Shown piece after piece: positions 54,209-64,000 of a stretch of DNA of 64,000 nt. The stretch lies in the NCBI RefSeq assembly GCF_037042905.1, contig NC_087249.1:9364001-9428000 (forward strand), given 5' to 3'. Source of the stretch: Lytechinus pictus. Lineage: Eukaryota. The notes beneath the pieces were generated by a model. The model was not told the DNA's origin and made no database searches. It was given only the letters and a program-made list of their open reading frames with translations. Within the stretch, counting starts at the first letter, position 1. Every line of letters begins with the position of its first letter. The position numbers and the translations under genes are program-made.

Positions 54209-56806
54209 CATATAGAAAGATACAGAGACAGACATATAGATTGATAGAGATCGAGACAGAGATAGATAGAGAGACAGACATATAGATGAATAGAGAGACA
54301 GACATATAGATAGATAGATAGATAGATAGATAGACAGATAGATAGATAGATAGAGAGACAGACAGACAGATAGATAGATAGATATATAGATAGATAGATA
54401 GATAGAGACAGGCAGATGGATGGATAGATAGATAGACATATCTAAACAGATAGATACATATATATTAGACAGAGAGAGAGAGAGAGAGATAAACAGACAG
54501 ATAGATATACAATGTAGGTAGATAGACAGACAGACATATGGATAGATAGAGAGAGAGGGACGTATTCAAACAGAAAGATATATATTAGACAGAGAGATAG
54601 ATATGTCATGTAGGTAGATAGACAGACAGATAAATAGATATGATATAAAAAAGTAATTATAATCTGTTTTATTTTGCAATATTTTAGCTATTATTTGTTA
54701 GAATTCTTATAATTGATCGTGGGCAAGATAGCTAAAAAAAAAAATAAAATAAAAAAAATCATGTTCACCCGCGGACTCGAACCCCTGCCTGCATGATGGA
54801 ATGAGAAGTAAGTCTGACGCCTAACCGATTGAGCTAGAATATTTCCCATAGACTTAACACGTAAGCAAAACACCAGAATCTCAAATCCAATCTTGCAAGT
54901 GAATTACGGGCATGATCCCGACATCTGATCGGAAAATGAAGGAAACGCAACCGAAAGCTTAGAATCTCAGCTACAACATACTAAAAGCTCAGGGATAACT
55001 AGCAACAAAAATTGGAGATATGGCTTACGAAATAGAAGAATGTAGAATCTAGTTTTGAGAAAAAGTCATGTCCCATAGAGATTACACGCAAAATGAGTAA
55101 AAATGACATGCCATTATTATTTGCAATTTTTGAGGATGATTTGTCTATCAAAATGAAAAATAAAGGCAATAACTCAGAAAGAGTAAGAACTAAGCTACAA
55201 CATATCAAAAATTGGGTGAAAATTGACCAATATTCACGGAGTTAGAGCAAGATTTGCATAATTATAATGACGTCATAATAGGCAAAATGGATTTTTTGAA
55301 TTCCGACGCCATTTTGATGACGTCATAATATAATTGAGGGTCAAATGAGACATGAAATTATATCTCTAGTTCATACTCTATCAAAATATGAAAAAAAAAT
55401 TGGGGGTCCCCATGCGTTCTGAAGAGCTACAGCGGATTTTCTATAGGCATGTTTTTGCCCATATATGGCCTATAGTGAGAGCTCGCGCGCACACGTGCTG
55501 CAAACTTTAACGGGTGTTAATTTCCTTATTAATGGTCGTAGAAGGTTGATCAAGGTATCAAATTGCTCAAAATTATATGATCAATGCAATGAAATAAAAA
55601 AAACGGTGTTTCTGAGTTGCATTCAAGGCGTTACGCGCGGAAACGCGCGCGCATACGTTTGCGCGCGCTATTTTTTGAAATGCTTAAAATGACCTAAAAC
55701 ATACTCTGTTTTGGTCAAAAAGTGATTTTTAGCATTTTAAAATTTTGACGCGCGCGTACGCGCGCGTCGTGACCTTCAGGTGACCTTTGATGATATGACC
55801 TGATGACCCTTGATCTGAAGTTTATGTCATGTGAATTTGATTTATTTTTGATAATTGATAATGGAGATATGATTGATAATGTGATTTTACAAAATGGCGT
55901 CTAGATGACGTCATGATGACGTCATGACATTAGGATTCTTGCAGAATTGGGGTCTTAATGATGTTGATATGTGGTGATATTTTGATGATTATTGAATATG
56001 AACTTTCTGAGATTTGCTGTCCACAAGAAATGGAGGAAATAAAAATAAGAAATAAAAACTAGATTTTAATTCGTCATGCGGACGAATTAGGTGGTCTGTC
56101 GTATAGATAGATAAACAGGAAAAAAATATTTAAACAGATATTAGATTGAAAAATAGATAGACAAACAGATTTACATAATCAAACAGATACATACAAGAAA
56201 GATAATTATATTAGATGGATGGAGTGATGGATGGAGAGATAAATTATAGGTGGTTATATTAATAAAACATAGACATATATAGATAGATATAGAGAGACAG
56301 ACATATAGATAGAGAGACAGACATATAGATAGATAGAGAGACAGACTTATAGATAGAGAGATAGATTGATAGATATATAGATATATAGATAGATAGAGAG
56401 ATGATTGGTGGTTATATTAATAAAACATATATAAACATATAGATAGAAAGAGAGACAGACAGATAGATAGATAGACAGATAGATAGACAGACATATATAT
56501 AGATAGAGAGACAGACATATCATGAAGCTATTACGAGCTATCTCGTAATAGCTTCATGCTGCGTGGTCCTATCGCGTTATGTAAGCGGGCTCTAACTTTC
56601 GCCTGGCGGCTCGCCAATTGATGTTAGATATCGTTCCTTCGCCCGAAGGAAGCGATAACAAAGGATTAAGAGAGAAATTGGAAGATGGTTCTCCTTCTCG
56701 TGATAGCTTCATGGATAGATAGACAGACATATAGATAGACAAACATATAGATAGACAGAGAGACAGAAATATAGATAGATAGAGAGACAGACATATAGAT
56801 AGATAT

Positions 56807-56855
<49 letters not shown>

Positions 56856-59434
56856 CATATAGATAGATACAGAGACAGACATATAGATTGATAGAGATCG
56901 AGACAGAGATAGATAGAGAGACAGACATATAGATGAATAGAGAGACAGACATATAGATAGATAGATAGATAGACAGATAGATAGATAGATAGAGAGACAG
57001 ACAGACAGATAGATAGATAGATATATAGATAGATAGATAGATAGAGACAGGCAGATGGATGGATAGATAGATAGACATATCTAAACAGATAGATACATAT
57101 ATATTAGACAGAGAGAGAGAGAGAGAGATAAACAGACAGATAGATATACAATGTAGGTAGATAGACAGACAGACATATGGATAGATAGAGAGAGAGGGAC
57201 GTATTCAAACAGAAAGATATATATTAGACAGAGAGATAGATATGTCATGTAGGTAGATAGACAGACAGATAAATAGATATGATATAAAAAAGTAATTATA
57301 ATCTGTTTTATTTTGCAATATTTTAGCTATTATTTGTTAGAATTCTTATAATTGATCGTGGGCAAGATAGCTAAAAAAAAAAATAAAATAAAAAAAATCA
57401 TGTTCACCCGCGGACTCGAACCCCTGCCTGCATGATGGAATGAGAAGTAAGTCTGACGCCTAACCGATTGAGCTAGAATATTTCCCATAGACTTAACACG
57501 TAAGCAAAACACCAGAATCTCAAATCCAATCTTGCAAGTGAATTACGGGCATGATCCCGACATCTGATCGGAAAATGAAGGAAACGCAACCGAAAGCTTA
57601 GAATCTCAGCTACAACATACTAAAAGCTCAGGGATAACTAGCAACAAAAATTGGAGATATGGCTTACGAAATAGAAGAATGTAGAATCTAGTTTTGAGAA
57701 AAAGTCATGTCCCATAGAGATTACACGCAAAATGAGTAAAAATGACATGCCATTATTATTTGCAATTTTTGAGGATGATTTGTCTATCAAAATGAAAAAT
57801 AAAGGCAATAACTCAGAAAGAGTAAGAACTAAGCTACAACATATCAAAAATTGGGTGAAAATTGACCAATATTCACGGAGTTAGAGCAAGATTTGCATAA
57901 TTATAATGACGTCATAATAGGCAAAATGGATTTTTTGAATTCCGACGCCATTTTGATGACGTCATAATATAATTGAGGGTCAAATGAGACATGAAATTAT
58001 ATCTCTAGTTCATACTCTATCAAAATATGAAAAAAAAATTGGGGGTCCCCATGCGTTCTGAAGAGCTACAGCGGATTTTCTATAGGCATGTTTTTGCCCA
58101 TATATGGCCTATAGTGAGAGCTCGCGCGCACACGTGCTGCAAACTTTAACGGGTGTTAATTTCCTTATTAATGGTCGTAGAAGGTTGATCAAGGTATCAA
58201 ATTGCTCAAAATTATATGATCAATGCAATGAAATAAAAAAAACGGTGTTTCTGAGTTGCATTCAAGGCGTTACGCGCGGAAACGCGCGCGCATACGTTTG
58301 CGCGCGCTATTTTTTGAAATGCTTAAAATGACCTAAAACATACTCTGTTTTGGTCAAAAAGTGATTTTTAGCATTTTAAAATTTTGACGCGCGCGTACGC
58401 GCGCGTCGTGACCTTCAGGTGACCTTTGATGATATGACCTGATGACCCTTGATCTGAAGTTTATGTCATGTGAATTTGATTTATTTTTGATAATTGATAA
58501 TGGAGATATGATTGATAATGTGATTTTACAAAATGGCGTCTAGATGACGTCATGACATTAGGATTCTTGCAGAATTGAGGTCTTAATGATGTTGATATGT
58601 GGTGATATTTTGATGATTATTGAATATGAACTTTCTGAGATTTGCTGTCCACAAGAAATGGAGGAAATAAAAATAAGAAATAAAAACTAGATTTTAATTC
58701 GTCATGCGGACGAATTAGGTGGTCTGTCGTATAGATAGATAAACAGGAAAAAAATATTTAAACAGATATTAGATTGAAAAATAGATAGACAAACAGATTT
58801 ACATAATCAAACAGATACATACAAGAAAGATAATTATATTAGATGGATGGAGTGATGGATGGAGAGATAAATTATAGGTGGTTATATTAATAAAACATAG
58901 ACATATATAGATAGATATAGAGAGACAGACATATAGATAGAGAGACAGACATATAGATAGATAGAGAGACAGACTTATAGATAGAGAGATAGATTGATAG
59001 ATATATAGATATATAGATAGATAGAGAGATGATTGGTGGTTATATTAATAAAACATATATAAACATATAGATAGAAAGAGAGACAGACAGATAGATAGAT
59101 AGACAGATAGATAGACAGACATATATATAGATAGAGAGACAGACATATCATGAAGCTATTACGAGCTATCTCGTAATAGCTTCATGCTGCGTGGTCCTAT
59201 CGCGTTATGTAAGCGGGCTCTAACTTTCGCCTGGCGGCTCGCCAATTGATGTTAGATATCGTTCCTTCGCCCGAAGGAAGCGATAACAAAGGATTAAGAG
59301 AGAAATTGGAAGATGGTTCTCCTTCTCGTGATAGCTTCATGGATAGATAGACAGACATATAGATAGACAAACATATAGATAGACAGAGAGACAGAAATAT
59401 AGATAGATAGAGAGACAGACATATAGATAGATAT

Positions 59435-59479
<45 letters not shown>

Positions 59480-62400
59480 CATATAGATAGATACAGAGAC
59501 AGACATATAGATTGATAGAGATCGAGACAGAGATAGATAGAGAGACAGACATATAGATGAATAGAGAGACAGACATATAGATAGATAGATAGATAGACAG
59601 ATAGATAGATAGATAGAGAGACAGACAGACAGATAGATAGATAGATATATAGATAGATAGATAGATAGAGACAGGCAGATGGATGGATAGATAGATAGAC
59701 ATATCTAAACAGATAGATACATATATATTAGACAGAGAGAGAGAGAGAGAGATAAACAGACAGATAGATATACAATGTAGGTAGATAGACAGACAGACAT
59801 ATGGATAGATAGAGAGAGAGGGACGTATTCAAACAGAAAGATATATATTAGACAGAGAGATAGATATGTCATGTAGGTAGATAGACAGACAGATAAATAG
59901 ATATGATATAAAAAAGTAATTATAATCTGTTTTATTTTGCAATATTTTAGCTATTATTTGTTAGAATTCTTATAATTGATCGTGGGCAAGATAGCTAAAA
60001 AAAAAAAAAAAAAAAAAAAATCATGTTCACCCGCGGACTCGAACCCCTGCCTGCATGATGGAATGAGAAGTAAGTCTGACGCCTAACCGATTGAGCTAGA
60101 ATATTTACCATAGACTTAACACGTAAGCAAAACACCAGAATCTCAAATCCAATCTTGCAAGTGAATTACGGGCATGATCCCGACATCTGATCGGAAAATG
60201 AAGGAAACGCAACCGAAAGCTTAGAATCTCAGCTACAACATACTAAAAGCTCAGGGATAACTAGCAACAAAAATTGGAGATATGGCTTACGAAATAGAAG
60301 AATGTAGAATCTAGTTTTGAGAAAAAGTCATGTCCCATAGAGATTACACGCAAAATGAGTAAAAATGACATGCCATTATTATTTGCAATTTTTGAGGATG
60401 ATCTAATTATCAAAATGAAAAATAAAGGCAATAACTCAGAAAGAGTAAGAACTAAGCTACAACATATCAAAAATTGGGTGAAAATAGACCGATATTCACG
60501 GAGTTAGAGCAAGATTTGCATAATTATAATGACGTCATAATAGGCAAAATGGATTTTTTGACTTCCGACGCCATTTTGATGACGTCATAATATAATTGAG
60601 GGTCAAATGAGACATGAAATTATATCTCTAGTTCATACTCTATCAAAATATGAAAAAAAAATTGGGGGTCCCCACGCGTTCTGAAGAGCTACAGCGGATT
60701 TTCTATAGGCATGTTTTTGCCCATATATGGCCTATAGTGAGAGCTCGCGCGCACACGTGCTGCAAACTTTAACGGGTGTTAATTTCCTTATTAATGGTCG
60801 TAGAAGGTTGATCAAGGTATCAAATTGCTCAAAATTATATGATCAATGCAATGAAATTAAAAAAAACGTGTTTCTGAGTTGCATTCAAGGCGTTACGCGC
60901 GGAAACGCGCGCGCATACGTTTGCGCGCGCAATTTTTTGAAATGCTTAAAATGACCTAAAACGTACTCTGTTTTGGTCAAAAAGTGATTTTGAGCATTTT
61001 AAAATTTTGACGCGCGCGTACGCGCGCGTCGTGACCTTCAGGTGACCTTTGATGACATGACCTGATGACCCTTGATCTGAAGTTTATGTCATGTGAATTT
61101 GATTTATTTTTGATAATTGATAATGGAGATATGATTGATAATGTGATTTTACAAAATGGCGTCTAGATGACGTCATGATGACGTCATGACATTAAGATTC
61201 TTGCAGAATTGAGGTCTTATTGATGTTGATATGTGGTGATATTTTGATGATTATTGAATATGAACTTTCTGAGATTTGCTGTCCACAAGAAATGGAGGAA
61301 ATAAAAATAAGAAATAAAGAAAGAAAATTCGGACAAACATAAAAGGTGATCTGTCGTTGACAGACCACCTAATTACTACACCCTTTATGACACAAATGGA
61401 GATGTCAAACACATTTCTTTGAAAGAAGTTATTAGAAAATTTTAAGTACACTAGATACAAACAACTTTAATTGTATATTTATCTCTTACCACATTTTATT
61501 CATTCAAGTTTTATTGTTTCATGAAACTCTTCTTTCCGTTTACCTTCTTGCTCATTCAATTTTAATTGTTTTTTAAAGTACCTTGTAGTCACGTTTAGTC
61601 TCTCTAGGGACACCAGTGCAGGCACATTCAATTGCCATTTCTTATCAACGACTCCTTAGAAATAATATTCTTGTAGATTCTGCTAACTTGATTTTCTGTA
61701 AAACAGTTATACAACATAAATTATGCTTTTTCTTTTCTTCAGAAATGTGGCATTACTAGTATCATAACAATACCACTTTCATTTCTGTAATATGATTTGG
61801 ATATTAGGATTGTTTACAAAAGTAAAAATTGGACTCTATTTACAGGGTCTGATTGATAGATATTATATCTATTTTATCTACAAAATATACTATCAGACAT
61901 TACAATATGTACATCCCCAAACAAATATTGAGTTTATGTATGCGTGGGCGTGTGGGTTGAGGGGGGGAGTGATCAGCTTTTTACTTTCAAAGAGGAACCA
62001 CTAGACTAAGCAGAACATCAAAACATGTCAATCTACTCGATCAACAGGTTGTTTTAGACCATAGAGGTGTCTGGCAAGTGGCTTTTTCACGGATAGCTTT
62101 GCTATATCAGCCAATCACACGTAAGGATTTCAGTAGCTTATAACAGATGCCAGTGAAAACCACCATCAAGACCCTCCATGAACCCCCCCCCCCCCCCGCC
62201 GCCCCGATGGTGTACTGATAAACCTGTAGATAGTGGCATTCAAACATGAATAGTTCGCTGATGCACATAATCAGCAATTATGCACGACAATTCTAAGTGG
62301 GGGAAGCTATTAAAGATGGACGGCCATTGCCGGGCGCAGGTATGACCTTTTCAAGGTATTCTGGCGGGATTGCAAGTCGTGACAGAGCAAATAATTGCAT

Positions 62401-64000
62401 AAGAATAATGCATAGTAAATGCAGTTATCTTCTCAAAAGGAAGTTTGCAAATGAATTGAGACAAAAATTGAAGAAAAAAAACATTTATGCAAAAAAGAAA
62501 GTTCTTAAATGTCCAACTTTGTAGATACCACTTACAATGGACAATATTGGGGAAAAACAATTTAACATTTCTCAATCTCACAAAATATTTCTCCTTGAAA
62601 AATGTGTATAAAGGTACTAATGCTTAAATTCCAACATCTTGTGTATCTAAATACCATTTAGTTTCAACAAATTATCTTTCTAATCATGTTTGTCTAAGAA
62701 ATTAAAAAGAGCACAAAATATTAAGAAAAGTAAACTAGTACTATAGAGCAGAGGGCCATTTCATAATCATGGAATTATAATATAAACTTTGCCATTATAT
62801 CAACAACCATGGGGATGCATATAGCCAATCAAAATCAAGGTTTCATATAAGTTAAAATTATGATAAAGTTACTTTGTAAAATTACCCCTAAATATAATTC
62901 ATAATAACTTTATTAATTTTTTTTTTCAAGCAGATTAATAACAGACATATCTTTGATGCACTTCCCTAGGATTTTCATGTTGTTGGATGTTACTGGTCCT
63001 ATTCGCCTTCGGGGGAGGGGCTGCAATAATTTTCATGACATGGCCCGCCCAGGCACTCCAATGTAAATATTCAGGCCAATATTGCTTCCTGGCACATAAA
63101 TCACACCTACATGTTATTCTCATGCTTGGAATTCTAAATAGAAAAGTAATTAATTGCAAATTTAAGAGCAAAAATACATCCATGATGGAGAGCTATTTGG
63201 TAGACATACCTATAAATCAAGCAAAGTTCATCATGATTATTATGGCCATGACATGTGTGACGGACCAGTTTCACAAAGTGAATATTGATGTTCAAATTCC
63301 ATATCATCCCACACAATACAAACATGATTTGATAATCTAATCTATTTTTATCAAAGCATTAAGGAAAATGAGAAGTTAATTCAAACTTTATATCCTATGA
63401 AGTACTTGAAAAAGAGACAGTGCAGTACCTAAACAGACTTTCAAATATCTGGTTTTGAGATTCACATACAGACAAAAATGTCAGTTGGCAAAGATATTTC
63501 CTATGTTATCAATATGTGACTATACATTTCTGTATTAAATATACGATGTGAGAATGATTTTAAAGTAAATCCTGTGTGTAAAAATTAAACAAAGTTGTTT
63601 TGTGGGGGAAAATTGTATTTATGTATTGACCTACTTTTCTGTTTTCTGACACATTATCGATAACAGATTTTATACATTTATGACAAATTTATTTTCAATC
63701 TCAAAGCTGACCACATGAATGATTTTCATTCCCAAAAAACACATATTTCAGACTCGTTATTGATAACAGGTTTCACAAAAACACGGGCAAGGTTTCGTAT
63801 CACTCTCTGTTAATCTGCCTGTGAAGCAATCACCTACGTCATGAACATCGCTAACATAAACATAACGAGACAAAACAAAAGAGAGGGCAATTTGCTCCTC
63901 GTTTAGTGTCTAAATAAGCATCTTTCTGGACACGTTATAGACAGCCAAGAACCTCCATCTTGTCTTCCGTCAGCGTTACTTTAATGGACAAGATCATAGG

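Larger units (their letters stand above)
42955..61375 (-). mobile_element. Tandem array of six ~2.63-kb non-autonomous Helentron/DINE-like elements
   Basis: CTAG unit boundaries at 42955, 47171, 50797, 53428, 56059 and 58687. Each is followed by the hairpin aattcgtc-atgcg-gacgaatt and the subTIR aattaggtggtctgtc. The complementary subTIR gacagaccacctaatt (61359-61374) and its IR aggtgatctgtc (61344-61355) occur only once. Each unit has ~1.1 kb of GATA/GACA microsatellite. Confidence 0.85.

Noticed and set aside
61376..64000. Further upstream SLC24 exons
   Set aside because: No segment with recognisable NCKX sequence and splice sites was found. Poorly conserved loop exons could have been missed.

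Overview
AT-rich eukaryotic genomic DNA; the repeat content resembles a sea urchin or other marine invertebrate (inference). The window holds the last four coding exons of a minus-strand K+-dependent Na+/Ca2+ exchanger gene (SLC24/NCKX, NCKX1/2-like alpha-2 repeat) at 40075-39938, 29986-29867, 10796-10660 and 8541-8292, plus a probable ~6.9 kb 3' UTR. Its large introns are full of MITEs, SINEs and Helentron-type non-autonomous elements. The main feature is an 18.4 kb intronic array (42955-61375) of six ~2.63 kb copies of a non-coding Helentron/DINE-like element, with six 3' ends (hairpin + CTAG) but only one 5' end. Each unit carries a tRNA-like Pol III cassette, a small triple-inverted-repeat module and several CRE palindromes. 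Two adjacent units were each hit independently, at sites 23 bp apart, by the same foldback transposon family (TAY..RTA termini, 6-bp TSD, IS3EU-like). Both sites lie next to the Pol III terminator and next to a host 14-mer identical to the invader's own internal repeat. No autonomous transposase or RepHel ORF is visible. Element family assignments rest on terminal structure only, not on database searches.
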